From positions 10,465,558 through 10,529,557 of the forward strand of contig NC_133618.1 of NCBI RefSeq assembly GCF_048593235.1: 64,000 nt of DNA, written 5' to 3'. Each line of letters opens with the position of its first letter. The first letter of the stretch is position 1. This document shows positions 12,441-25,699 of this stretch, piece after piece. The notes beneath the pieces are model-generated. The model made no database searches and had not been told where the DNA came from. It saw only the letters and a program-made list of their open reading frames with translations. Both the position numbers and the translations under genes were made by a program. This DNA comes from Sminthopsis crassicaudata. Taxonomy: Eukaryota.

Positions 12441-13327
12441 ATAGATTCCAAAAAGTGCCACTTTGAGCATTTCACCATGAGTTTATTCATTGAAGTTTTT
12501 CAATAAAATTTCTTATATGGAAATGTCAGAAATGAGAGGGAGAAACTTATAAGAGGGAAAGTCAATTCTGGGAAGGAACATAAATCATAGAATGTCAAGA
12601 TTAGACCATGGACTGTCTGAGAGGATGAGAGAGAACTTTAAACACTGGGTTCTACCAAGACAGAGCTAAAGAGACTTAGAATATACTTGACCAACTCAGA
12701 TATATTTTCAGTCCTTCCAACTCATTTTGCAGCTCAAGAAACTAAGGACCAGAAATGTGCAAACATTTGTTCCAGATCATGTAGCTGGTAAAGAGCAAAT
12801 TGGAAAGAGGCAGGGTTTTGAATGGAAGCCTTTTAATTCGAAATCCCAAGTTCTTTTCATTATAATATTTTATTCTATACAAAGAACATTACATTCATAG
12901 ATTTTGAGCTAAAAATAACCTTAGAAGTCATCTATTTAAATTTTGTCATTTTATATATGATATAACTGAGGCCCAAATCAGGGAAATGACTTGCTTAAGA
13001 TCACATAGCAGAGGGAGGATTAAGAGATAGTCAGTGTTTGACTTCTTGCTCTACTTACACATCCTTATTAATATCTTGCCCAGAAGTAATAAGTATACTT
13101 ATTCTATTTAGTAATTGTCATTTTGCCCACTCAGCTAGTTTTTATTCCTTACAAACCACTTCAACAGTTGTAGATTGATGGTGGCCAACTTAAATGACAT
13201 TGAAACTGTCTAATGGAGCTCCATCCCTAGCCTGGAAAGTCCATGAAGGCCAGAATCACAATGTCTTGAGCTTGTATTTCCCACAGTGGTTTCTACACAG
13301 TGTTCTTAGGAAATGTTTTTTAAATGA

Positions 13328-13522
<195 letters not shown>

Positions 13523-13769
13523 TAAGTGTCCTGTGGAAAGAAATCTGAGCCTGTCAATGACATATTCCAAAATCAGCCTGGTGATCATGTCCCCAAACAG
13601 AATGAAGTAATAGCTATTTGCTCATCTTACACTTGACAGTTAAGAAAAGAAGGGGAAGCCCTTTCTCTTGCTTGTAAACTCAGAAGCATAGGCTTCATTC
13701 ATCAGCTCATGTACACAAGTGATGGAGAGGTAAGGCTAAGAGGAAACCTAAAGAGGAAAGGAAGCTGAA

Positions 13770-14220
13770 ATGACTTACACGAACTGATGATAAGTGAAGT
13801 GAGTAGAACCAGGAAAATACTGTGCACAATAATAGCAACATTATGCTATGATCAATTCTGATGAGCATGGCTCTTTTCAACAGTGAGGTGATTTAGGCCA
13901 GTCCCAATGATCTTGTGATGAAGAGAGCCATCTGCACTCAGAGAAAGTTCTGTGGGAACTGAGTGTGGATCACAACATAGTGTTTTTCCTTTTGTATTGT
14001 TGTTTGCTTGCATTTTTTTTTCTCATCCTCCCCTCTTTTTTCTTATTTTTTTTTGTGTGCAGCATGATAATTTTGGAAATATGTATAGAAGAATTCCACA
14101 TGTTTAACATCTAGGGGAGAGGGCGAGGAAGAGAGGGAAAAAATTGGAACGCAAGGTTTTACAAGGTTGAATGATGAAAATTATGCATATGTTTTTAAAA
14201 TTTTAAAAATTACAAATAAA
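13770..14220 (+). mobile_element. L1 3' end fragment (sense)
   Basis: gaactgatgataagtgaagtgagtagaaccagg (ORF2 end, ELM.SEVSRTR) followed by 3'UTR and an A-rich tail. Confidence 0.85.
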
Positions 14221-14336
14221 CTTGTTCTTTTTAAAATAAAAAAAGAAGAAAGAAAGAGGCAAAAGAACAGTAGAAGAAGAGAGGCAAGAAAGAAGAAAAG
14301 AAAAAGGGTGATAAAAGTTCTAGGATTAGAGGAGCT

Positions 14337-14785
14337 TTTTTTTTTTAAATAATAGCCTCCCATCCTCAAAATACAGGCAAATACAGCCCCAAACATTCAT
14401 CTCTGCAAAACCCCTTGCTTCAAATTCTCCACTTTACTTCTCCCACTTTTTCCCCCAGACAGCAAACCATCCAGTATATGCCAAACATGTGCAATCTTTT
14501 TAAACATATTTCTACATTTATCATGCTGCACAAGAAAAATAAGATCAAAAAGGAAAACAATGAGAAAGAAAAAAAAAAGCAAGCAAACAGAAAAAAGCTG
14601 AAAATGTTATATTGTGATCCACATTTAGTCCCTATAGTTGCAGATGGTTCTCTCCATCCCAAGTCTATTGGAATTGGCCTGAATCACCTCATTGTTGAAA
14701 AGAGTCACATCCCTCAGAATTGATCATCACTTAATCTTGTTGTTGCTGTGTACAATGTTCTCCTGGTTCTACTCACTTCACCCAG
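14337..14785 (-). mobile_element. L1 3' end fragment (antisense)
   Basis: ORF 14714..14941 ends EVSRTRRTLYTATTRLSDDQF; poly-T at the left end. Confidence 0.85.
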
Positions 14786-15225
14786 AATTAGATGAACTTT
14801 AAAGTTCATATATTCAATCCTTTTCATGTTATAAATCATAAAGATAAGGTGCATCCAAGTGAAGTGACACAACATTAGTAAATGGAAAAAACTAGAATTC
14901 AAATCTTGGTCTTCTGGAATCAAATTCAATGCTCTTTTCACTGAGCAGTATAGAATCTAAAATATATGCTCTTTTAACTTCTCTGGGTCTCAGATTCTTC
15001 ATCTTTAAAATGATATATTCGACAAAAAGTAATTCCTTCCAGAGAACCAGAGAGTAGGGTGAGAGAAGAGAAGAAAACAGACAAAGTAGAAAGAAGAAAA
15101 GAAAAAAGGGTCCAGAAAAGTAGGATTTATGGATCCTGATTCTAGATCTGTCAGATCTTGCTAAGAGACCTTTGACACATCTCCCAGCTTCTAGATGATA
15201 TGATAATATTCTTGTGTCTTTACAG

Positions 15226-15412
15226 AGATCTGAAATGTGGGAAGATATACTGCACTGGGGGCCAGTACTTTCCATCTTATGGGGAGGACAAAACTTACCA
15301 CCTTAAAGTTCCAGAGCAAAATATTACAGTGGAATGCAAAGCATTTTTCCCATTCCAGTACACAGAAGATCTAGGCATGGTTGCTTCAGGAACAAAATGT
15401 GGGGATGGCAAG
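15226..15412 (+). CDS. ADAM7: ADAM Cys-rich exon (DLKCGKIYCTGGQYFPSYGEDKTYHLKVPEQNITVECKAFFPFQYTEDLGMVASGTKCGDGK)
   Basis: tacag| and |gtgag, 187 nt; CGKIYC and GTKCG motifs; ADAM7-type GEDKTYHLK insert. Confidence 0.95.
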
Positions 15413-17039
15413 GTGAGTTTAAAAGTTATTATTTTTCTTTCTCCCTCCTTCCCTCTTTTGTTTTATATCTCCTTCCATCTCTCTTTTCTTTTTTCTCTCC
15501 CTGCCTCCTTCTCTTTCTCCTTTCCCTCTCCTTTCCTTGCTTCTTTCTTTTCTTGTCCTCCCACCTCCTCTCTGCTTTATTTTTTCCCTTTGTTCACAAT
15601 TTTAATGTGACTTGACCATTTCCTTAAGAAGAAAAAAATCATATAATTGGCTCCAAAGGGACTGTGTGTTAAGAAGTAGGATACACTAGAAATTGTCCTG
15701 AGCTGTCCAGGGTACCAAATAAACTTCCATTAACTAAATGGAATCAGCTGCAACTGATAATGAATTGCACTTGAGTGTGCTTATCCAGCACTTTAAAAAG
15801 TGGATTGTTTTTGAGTCAGTCTCTCAAGATTATTTCATCTCCTCTCATACTCTGAAATTTCACTGAGGTGGATATTCCCTCTAATGGTGCAGATTGCAGC
15901 CTAGGCATGCCTGCTGATACCATGCCTCTTTATGTCTTTACTGAATTCATTCCAGAACATCCACCATAGCCCCTTCCTCTAGATTTCTTGACAGTGTATG
16001 GGAGCTTTTGAACACCAATAAGTCAGTCCTTGCTCCTATCAAATCTCCATCTTTTTTTTTCCATGAATTCTTTTCTCTAATGAGATCTTTGACAGTATAA
16101 TTCTTGTGTCTTGCAACTCAAAAACAGCACATAACTCAGATTCTTTTCAGGTTACACTAAGCTCTGATTCTTTTCAGGTCCATCCTTATATGTTAGTCTT
16201 GAAATCAATTTTTCTGAAAAGGAAAGTATGAGAGTCTTGTCATGGTTATAAGTCAAGGGAATAGAATCTTCATTTTGAGTCAGGAAGATTTGTTTTTGGA
16301 ATTTCCTTCTATATTTTTATTTTATGCATCATTTCTTCCCCAACAGAACTCCTCTTGACTCTGGGCATTTTACTGGCTTTCCCCCTGCATCTATAATTCT
16401 TTCTCTCCTCATCTCTATTGCCTATTCTTTCTCTCCTCATCTCTATTGCCTATGTTCCTGGTATCTAAAGGAATTACTACAATGCAACTACAATTACTAT
16501 AATCTTCAACAGGAAACAGTTCTTCTACACTTACTACAATTACTACAATTTTCAACAGTTTTCAACAGGAAACCTTTTCCAATCATTTTAAATCCAGTAG
16601 CCACCTTCCCTTGGTTATTTCATATTGGTTTTATTTATACCTTATTCATACATANNNNNNNNNNNNNNNNNNNNNNNNNNNNNNNNNNNNNNNNNNNNNN
16701 NNNNNNNNNNNNNNNNNNNNNNNNNNNNNNNNNNNNNNNNNNNNNNNNNNNNNNNNNNNNNNNNNNNNNNNNNNNNNNNNNNNNNNNNNNNNNNNNNNNN
16801 NNNNNNNNNNNNNNNNNNNNNNNNNNNNNNNNNNNNNNNNNNNNNNNNNNNNNNNNNNNNNNNNNNNNNNNNNNNNNNNNNNNNNNNNNNNNNNNNNNNN
16901 NNNNNNAGTGTTAAGTGTCCAAGATCAGATTTGAACTTAGGTTGTCTTGACTTCAGGGATGCTCTATCCACTGCACCACCTAGTTGAGCTTCCTAAGAGT
17001 AGAGGCTAGTTCAGGCCTTTCTTTTAATCCCCAGCATTG

Positions 17040-17290
17040 AGTATAGGGCCTGACACATGTTTTTTTTTTTTTCATCATTTCATTTTGTGTCTGACTCTTC
17101 ATGATGTCATTTGTGATATTCTTGGCAAGGGTAGTGGAAGGTTTTACATGTTCCTCTAGAGCTCAGTTTACAAATGACAAAACGGAAGCAAACAGGATTA
17201 GATATTTGCCCAGAATCACATTTCTGACTACCTGATTGGTACTCTATCCACTGTGCCACTTAGCTGCCTCAGCTGGCACATAGTAGATGT
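17040..17290 (-). mobile_element. MAR1-type CORE-SINE
   Basis: Reverse complement of the head ggcagctaagtggcacagtggatagag plus an RTE-derived tail. Confidence 0.7.
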
Positions 17291-20019
17291 TTAATAAATG
17301 CATGTTCACTTTACTTTGAACAGACCATCCACTTAAGGCTCAGTTCCTTCTGACATAAAATGGAGATAATATTAATGTATGAATTTTATCCTTTAGTGGA
17401 CAAAGAAAGCTCTCCATTGAAGATGAACAAACCAAAAATTTAATTTCTATTTATCCCAGGCTATTTGCTAATTTCTATATTGGTAGCAAGAAGGTCCCTA
17501 TACTGATAAACTTACTGGATATAAACATTGTCTTCCAAAACACACATGCCCATATACATACAACACAAGTACGATCAAAAATCTGACACGCATTCATTAA
17601 TGTACACACAGAATGCACTTTTATATCCTATATTATATGTGAGTGTAAAGTGAGAGATACATGTGTGTATATATATGTATATATACATACATATATACAT
17701 AATACATATATACATACACATGTGGCTATATGTGGTATATGTGTATATGTAATCATACACATTTTGCTTTGCAACATAAAGTATAATAGCCATTGACACA
17801 TATATACACACAAATTCATATATTAGATCTGAAGTAACATACCTATTATTATTACCTATTCTTAGGTAACAACTTATCTCTTAAGTTAAGAGAAAATTGA
17901 TTCTAAGGCTAAAAATACTTAGGATATAAAGTGGGGGAATAGATTTCATAGCATGTAGTTGGATAGATAGACATGGACAAATATAAATATGTATGTTTGC
18001 ATATACATATATGGAAATATGTTATGCATAAATGTATATATTACCTCGATCTTAAAGTAAACAGTTATTTTAATTATGTTTGCTCTAAAGCTCTCCTAAT
18101 GTATGCATCTCCTGCCATAGTGTCTGCTTGTCAGTCTGAAAGATAAATTGGAGGAAAGGAAGCCCAAGGGAATTAAGAAAGCTGGGTTCTAGTCCCAGTT
18201 CTCTTGGGTGTTAATTAGTGCTGGAGGAGACCTGAAATTATGAGCAATTAGCTATATGGGTAGCCTTTTTCTCTGGCTAATTAAAGGACAAACTACCATT
18301 GTTCTTTGAATGATTTAATACCTCCATGTTCTTTTAGGGGGCTTGGGTGGAAGAGGGGATGTCCAAGGCAGAAATCAATTAACCTTTCTGGGACTAGGTC
18401 TAATTAAGATCTTTTCCAATTCTAACATTCTCTTATTTCATAATTCTTCTGATTGACTGGAAAATGAAAACAAAAAATCCCAATACTACAAACAGGAAAA
18501 GGGATATTTCTGGTCCTGTTCATATTGAAAATAAAAAAAAAATCAAAATAATCTGATTGTGTGGCTGATGGGCACGCAGCATCAAATGGATGTGTGGGCT
18601 AGGTAGCTTAAGAAAAAAAATCAACTTACTTCTTTAGCTTGTCTTTTTTTTTTTAATCTTTGTGCACTAAATCAAATGGTATCTTTCAAAAAGTATTAGA
18701 AGTTTGGTGTCATCTTCCATCTGGCCCAGACTCAGAATGTTAATTCTGTTCTTCAATCTCATCTTGGAGATATCCTGATCTAGGCTCTGCCACAATGAAA
18801 CCAAAGGGAGCAGGAATAGCCTGGCAGCATTGATAGATGGAACTGCTTTCAGGCCTGAGAGTCTGAACTTTAAAGCCACAGCTGTCAAGCAGAGATGCAT
18901 GATTATTGGCTCTGAAACCCCACACCTCAGCAATGCACCCATCTGCTAAGGGCTTGGGGATTGTTATTTATTTATTTATTTTTACAGTTTATTAAATGGC
19001 TGGACTTCCAGTCCTGAACTTTTAATGTGGATGGCACTTAGGCATAGACTTTCTTTCCAGATAATCTAGGAAATCATTTGTATCACTGTTATCTCATCCG
19101 TGATCCTATGACTCATGCAATTCACAACCCATCTTAGCTAGTCCGCTCTATGCTATCTGGAATATACTTTCTCCTATTATTTCATACATATGTTATACTC
19201 AATGTCCTGGTATGGTAGTAGGGGGAGAACTCATTATTCTTTTAGTCTCACCAAGATACAAGTAATTAATTAGCACCTGGGATGTTCAAGATACAATGCA
19301 AGTGCTCCCAGAGACACAAAGAAATATACAACATAGTTTATAGCTCCTGGAAGCAGATGGTCTAGGAAAGAATGCAAATCTTATCTTCAAAGAGACAGGT
19401 GGGAAAATCCAGTTGGGAAGAAAACACATAAGTAAATGACTGTTTTCAATGTCAATTCAATAATTCAATATTCAGAGAAGGGAAGAAGTGGGGAATTGAG
19501 TTGAATTATCTCTCCCATTCCCATTAGTTAATTTTATTATTCAGGTTCAACTTTTCAAGAAACATAGAAAAATAATTCACCCTTAATCCATTGAATGGTT
19601 TGTAAATGGTAGGGCCATTATTGTTCCCTTATAAAAGTTACAAGAAAACATATGCTCTCCTTGATCCATCTTACTATTATCTCATGGATCTCAAGTTTTA
19701 TCTGACCAAAGCACAATAAGGTTTAATATATATTGTAACTAGTCTCTAATGATCGGTTCTGGGCAATTACTAGAAATTGTCATGTAGATCTTAAGAACCT
19801 TTAGTTTCCTCCTCTGTGCTCTGCTAAGGTAGACAAAGGGAATTAGATATTCTTGTCTAGAATGCCCCAAATCCCAGACCTGCGGGGAGAGTTCAAACAT
19901 GAATAGGTCAGATAACCCAAACATGGGGATGGTAGAATGGCTTTGAGAGTCAGAGCCTCAATTAACAGCTATTCACAGTGATAGTTGCTGTGTCTACTTC
20001 ACAATCATACAGAATCTGG

Positions 20020-20200
20020 AACTTTAGATTTTTTTAGTTCAATTTATACATGAAAAGGATCTCTATTACAAATGAGCCCAAGCCTCTGCTTGAAAATGTC
20101 AAAGGAGGGAGAATCTACAACCTCCAAAAGTAGCTCATTTCATTTTTGTACAGCTCTAGTCATTTAGGAAATTTTTTTCTTGATCTCAACCCAAAGCTCC
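20020..20200 (-). mobile_element. L3/CR1 3' relic
   Basis: cctctgcttgaa..tctacaacctcc..cagctcta..aggaaattttt, a typical antisense CR1 tail. Confidence 0.55.
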
Positions 20201-20508
20201 TCATTATCTTTCCTTTTCTGGATAAGGGGATATGATATAACTAGTCAACATAATTAGTCTCCTTTTTCTGTTCAAAGTACTTGTGAAGGGCTTATCTTTG
20301 TGTATATGGTATCCATTAGAAGAAGGTAAGCCACTTGAAGCCAATGGCCAATTTGTGTTTCTCTTTCTATCTCCACTATCTAATATGCTGCTTGGCACAT
20401 AGTAGGTAAGTAATAAATATTTGTTAAATGTCTTGAATTGAACAATTCCATATCTAATGAGCCAGAGTGGCCAGATAATGCCTCCTCACCTTTGTCTATC
20501 ACTTCCAG

Positions 20509-20589
20509 GTGTGCAAAAATGGCGAATGTGTGAATATTGAGACAGTCTATGAGTCCACCAATTGTTCTTCCCACTGTCCAGGAAATGCT
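20509..20589 (+). CDS. ADAM7: ADAM Cys-rich end / EGF-like start exon ([27 protein letters not shown])
   Basis: tccag| and |gtaag, 81 nt, phase 0-0. Confidence 0.93.
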
Positions 20590-20778
20590 GTAAGGTTTCA
20601 AGTTTTTTTTTTTTAAACAGTTTTATATGATAAAAAATGTCTAATTTTCTTAGATGTCAGCCTGTGTAAGTATAAGTCATTTTAAAGATGTCACCAAATT
20701 GATCTGGAGTGTGATCAAATAGCAGATGGTCAGAATTGATGTCTTTTGATTATGGATATCTATCTATCTATATCTATG

Positions 20779-20808
20779 TCTAGATCTAGATCTAGATCTA
20801 GATCTAGA
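20779..20808. repeat. (TCTAGA)5 self-complementary microsatellite within a TA/GATA-rich tract
   Basis: Read directly from the sequence. Confidence 0.95.
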
Positions 20809-21581
20809 TAGATATAGTATATATAGATAGATATAGTATCTATATCTATATAGAAGGATATAGATATAGATATAGATAAATAGAGAGAATTTTTTCTTAT
20901 TATTTTTCTGGCCAAGTCAAATTAAAAACTGGTAATATAAGTACTTGGTTTAAAAAAAAAACAATCTCTGAGCACTGCTCTTCAATTATCTCACCTCTGT
21001 TACTTAGGGAAGCTTAGGGAAGTCACTTAATCTTTCCTTGTTAAGGTTTATTTACTTGTAAAATAACAGGGTTGCTTTCTAAAATACTTTCCACTTGTAT
21101 AAATCTATAATCCTATGACAGAAGACTTAGATTTGGAATTCATCCTATCCATGAAAATGGCCCAATTCAAGTGCAAAGACCAGCAATATCAACACTAGGC
21201 AAAAGTCTTTAGAAAAAAAAAATACAAATTTTGGTATTGATTAAAATGAATATTTAGATACCTATAATTATTTGCAATCAGAATATCTATTTATTAATAT
21301 ACCAATCTCTGTCTATTTATCTTTATCATCTATCTCATCCTTTTAGGATTATTTAGTAAACCAACTACTGTCATTTTGGAAAAAATGTTTATTCTTGATC
21401 TATTTCTTTGCCTAATGTCAACATTACCAAAGATAGCTAGAATTTTGTCTTTGACATAAATTATCAGACTGAAGCACAAAAGATTAAAAAAAATCCCCAA
21501 ATGCCTTATGTTTAGGTCTAAAGAAAATATGACAATGCTTCCTAGACATTTGAACCATTATAAGACTCTCTGCTCCTCCAG

Positions 21582-21660
21582 GTATGTGACCATGAACTCC
21601 AGTGTCAATGTGAAGAAGGGCTGACACATCCTAACTGTGACGATACCACATTTACTACCA
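21582..21660 (+). CDS. ADAM7: ADAM EGF-like exon ([26 protein letters not shown])
   Basis: tccag| and |gtgagt, 79 nt; CxC-x8-C. Confidence 0.93.
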
Positions 21661-22869
21661 GTGAGTAGCATGGTTCATGACATATCATGAATATCCAAAG
21701 GTTCATCTATTTGAACCTTGCTCCCTTATTCTCCTGATCTGATCAATTGCTATGCATACCTGAGATAACTCAGGGATAGAAGAGGTAGAGAAGCAAGTTT
21801 TATTAAACAGAAGCAGTCAGATTACTCAATAGATAGAACACTGGGCTTAGAGTTGGGATGATCTGAGTTCAAATGTTGTCTCAGACAGTTATTAGAGTGT
21901 GATATTGAACAAATTGCTTAACCTTTGCCTCAGTTTCCTTATCTGTAAAATGGGGATAATAATATCAACTCCCAGAGGTGTTCTGAGGATAAAATGAAAT
22001 AATATTTGTAAAGCACATTGTAAATCTTAAATTGGAATTTTGATTATTTTGATTATTATTATGTTAGTAATATTGCCTATTATGCAATTATAAATTGTAA
22101 AATACTTTATGATAATATAATCATAATTTGGTTATGCATTTAATAAATAGTTATAATTAACAATATAATTATAATCATACGAATCCCTAATGGTTCCTTC
22201 TAAAACAAAATGTTGGTATAATATAATGTCTATGGATTTGAAAGTGAGGATGTAGACTCAAATCTCAGCTCAAGGGTATTTATTATCTATGAAACCCTGG
22301 CCAAACCCCAAGACTTAATTCTCATATGATTAAAATGATGTCCCTTTGAGCTCCAATTCTTTAATCCTTTGATAACTAGTTTTCTGTAATTCTACATGTG
22401 CATGTAAATATTTGATTAATTAAACTATTTTTCTAAACCTAAGATATCTTCTATTCCCCTTATCCTACCAAGATTTTAAAAAAAGAAAGTTTTAGAATAA
22501 GTGTCCCTTGTTGGAATAATTCTTCTAACTTAATCTGGCTTCAGTCCTCCAAGAATTCACAATAAAATGGGTTTTATTGCTACTCAGTTAATTGCTGCCA
22601 AGCAAAACTTTGCTTGAATTGTGTTTTTGCTGGGTATAATGGAACTGTGGGCATAGTCCCAGCTACTAATGGAAAGAAGTCTTGTGCAGGCTTTAGCTTC
22701 ATTAGTAATAAGGCAAAGCTATTTCATAAATGAAAGCCCTTGAGACAAGAAGTGGCAGGGACATCATAAGTTAGAGCTAAGTCAGACAGGGCCAAGGACT
22801 TACATTGTTAACATTTAGCTCTACTAGGTTCTTTGCAGAGTACTACTGCCCATGCCTTCCATGTTGCAG

Positions 22870-22975
22870 ATGTCTCCATTGTGGCTGGAGTGCTGACCAT
22901 GGTCCTGGCCACAGTTGTGATCTCTGTGTTATTTGTCCACCGCCAAAAGGCCAGTAAGCAGAAGCAAGTTCATAG
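22870..22975 (+). CDS. ADAM7: Transmembrane exon (NVSIVAGVLTMVLATVVISVLFVHRQKASKQKQVH)
   Basis: tgcag| and |gtaaa, 106 nt; about 22 hydrophobic residues followed by a basic stop-transfer segment. Confidence 0.92.
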
Positions 22976-23102
22976 GTAAAGCACTTTCTTTTAGATGGGG
23001 TAGAGGTAAATATCTGGGTCCATAGTCAAACAAGTCAAACATGGGAATGATGGCTTAATTTAAGGGACTTTAAAGAACAAATCTGACACTTTCCTTCACC
23101 AG

Positions 23103-23196
23103 CCCTTCCTCCAACACACCTGCAGTGGACAATCAAGGACACTCAAATGAAGAGCAACAACAGACCAGGACTGAGCCAGTTGTTTGCACCCAAAAT
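23103..23196 (+). CDS. ADAM7: Cytoplasmic tail exon (SPSSNTPAVDNQGHSNEEQQQTRTEPVVCTQN)
   Basis: accag| and |gtaagg, 94 nt; resembles the recalled human ADAM7 tail SPP..GVENKG..DEQQIRTEP. Confidence 0.85.
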
Positions 23197-23559
23197 GTAA
23201 GGAACTGGAATTTACTGAGCTAGTTAATATTTTTGAGTATGTTACTTGCCTAGCACTGTCTTATATAAAGATAGTATAATTTACATTCCTTTCCACAAGA
23301 TGCTTAACAATGTTTAGTGTTGTTGTTGTTTAAATTTTGTGTCATATATGAACTTTTAATTTGCTTAATACAGATAGCTCCTGATGAGAAAAGTCTTATC
23401 TTCTAAAGGATATCAACCTGAACCACAACATATTCACTAATTAATAAGCATTTATTAAATACCTGCTGAGTACCAGACAATTTATAGTTTTACTAACTTT
23501 CCAGAAGACACTGAAAGTTTTTGACTTCTCAATAATAATTGTAGGGTGAGAAAGAGGAG

Positions 23560-23690
23560 GAGGAGGAGGAGTAATAGTAATAGCAGTGGTGCTGGTGGTG
23601 GCAATGGTGGTAGTATTAATGGCGGTGGTAGTATTAGTAGTGGTGATGGTAATAGCAGTGATAGGAATAGTAGTAGTGGTAATAGTTAGA
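23560..23690. repeat. (GGA)n then degenerate (GTA/GTG)n trinucleotide tract
   Basis: Read directly; explains the T-rich and V-rich spurious ORFs. Confidence 0.9.
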
Positions 23691-24179
23691 ATTTGCAAAT
23701 ATTTTGATCTTCACCACAACTTAGGTAGATGTTATTATTTTCCCATTTTATGGATGATAAAACTAAGATTTAGATAATTAAATGGGTAAGATCTCAAAGT
23801 CACAGAGTTAGTATAAATTTAACCCCAAGACCTGTACTCACTACTTAATTTTCTATACTACCTTGGCTTAATTAACTCCAATGAAATTAAGGAAACATCT
23901 TTGTAAAAGAGAGTACTGGTCTTAGAGTCAAGAAGATATGCATTTTTATCATCTAATAATACTTCAGTTGTAATCCTGTCACAAGCTATTTACTTGCGGT
24001 ATGACCCTATCACTATCAGTCTTCATTTTCTCATCTGGAAAATGGTTATAACAACATCTATCTCACAGGGTTGTTGTAAGGGTACAAGATAACATGTGAA
24101 AAGTTATCTGTAAATATGTAATATGTAGTTATTTATAAAACACCTTAAAGTACTATATGGGATGGGAAGTTTTAAGATA

Positions 24180-24430
24180 CTAAATATTGTTTTAAATTTT
24201 ATTATTTTATTTTTAACTAATGGAATAAAACAAGCAGTCCCATAAAATAGTATAATAAAATATAAGACATAATAAGATGATTGCACATGAAACTGCCAAT
24301 CTATTATGTATACCTTGCTATTCTTTTCAACTATATAATAAAGCCTTCATGTAAATTTATTTTTTCTCTTACTTTTCCCTTTCCCTCTAAAGATGGTGAC
24401 TACTAGATATAAATATGTAAATATGCAAAA
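24180..24430 (-). mobile_element. Old L1 3'UTR fragment
   Basis: atgattgcacatgaaactgccaatctatt..ttgctattcttttcaa pattern typical of old marsupial L1 ends. Confidence 0.55.
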
Positions 24431-25633
24431 TCATTAAATAAAATAATAAGGTACAAAAGCTTAAAGTTAAACTAAAACTTTTGGGATATCCTGTATGATT
24501 ATTAAAATTATTATTATTATCATACTTGTTGTTAGGTTTATTCAGATACTTTGTAAGTATGGGCTGCTGGAAAAATCTGTGGATTTCAATGTCCTCATAT
24601 TTAAAAGAGAAAAATAGTGGCTCTTAGCTCATTGTCTTGTTCTTAGCTGTGAATGAGATAATTCATTTAAAAACCTTTGCAAACAATATATACATGTTAG
24701 CTATTTATTATATTATATTATTATTATTATTAAAATAAGCTATACATACATGACATAAGATGATATTATACTGGTCATTGGTTAATAAACATTTTCCATA
24801 TGCTTACTATGTGGCACGCATTAACTGCTATGTATTCTGGGACTATTCTGAAAGATGAAAGACAGTCTCTTCTCTAAAGGAGCTTATAGTCTAATGATGG
24901 AGACAACGAGTAAGAAACTATACAGAAACAAGCTATAAACATGATAAATCAGAGATTCTCAACAGAGGGAAGAAAGAACGGGACAGGCTTCCTGTCAAAA
25001 ATGGAATTTTAATTAGGACTAGAAAGGAATCTGAGAAGTAGAAATGAGGAAGAAAAGCATGAATGCTTGAAAGCAATGTGGAAACATTATCAGGCCCTTC
25101 TAGTGTGAGCTAAACATGCTTTAAATATGCATCCACAATCAGACTGTGCCTGCCCTTTATCTAGGTAAACTCAGTGAGTCTCATCACCAGGTTGGCCACA
25201 GAAAGATATAGTTTGGAGAATAGTAGCTCTTAAAAACATTTTTCTAAGCCTCAGAGGATTTGTATTCTGAAGGTAATATCAAGCAAAAAAAAAATGTAGG
25301 CCACTGACTTGTTAAAGTACCTGTCCTGTACTGGGGCTGATCAGTCCATTAGGGGACATCATGTATATCATAAACATTATGTATATCATAAGCTTACCTG
25401 ATCTGTATTTGAGCTGAGAATATCATCAGATTTCCATATAACCAATTGTTAACCTTGGAGAACATAATGGAAAATAATGCTGCCTGAGTTTATTTTATTA
25501 TCCATATATTATTTAAGAAGAGGTCTGGGGTTGAAGTCAGGGAATTTATATTCTTGATTTGAAAAGTTTTCACATTGCCTTGAATATCTACATTAATATG
25601 AGGTTATCCAACACCATGTTTTTTTTCTATCAG

Positions 25634-25699
25634 CAAAATGCTTCAGACACCTTTGAGGATATTCCTGCTGGTTATTCTAGTCCTCAGTACATTACCATG
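25634..25699 (+). CDS. ADAM7: Cytoplasmic tail exon (QNASDTFEDIPAGYSSPQYITM)
   Basis: T-rich tract + atcag|, |gtaagc donor, 66 nt, phase 0-0; resembles the recalled eutherian ADAM7 segment ..FSSPHYITL. Confidence 0.8.
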
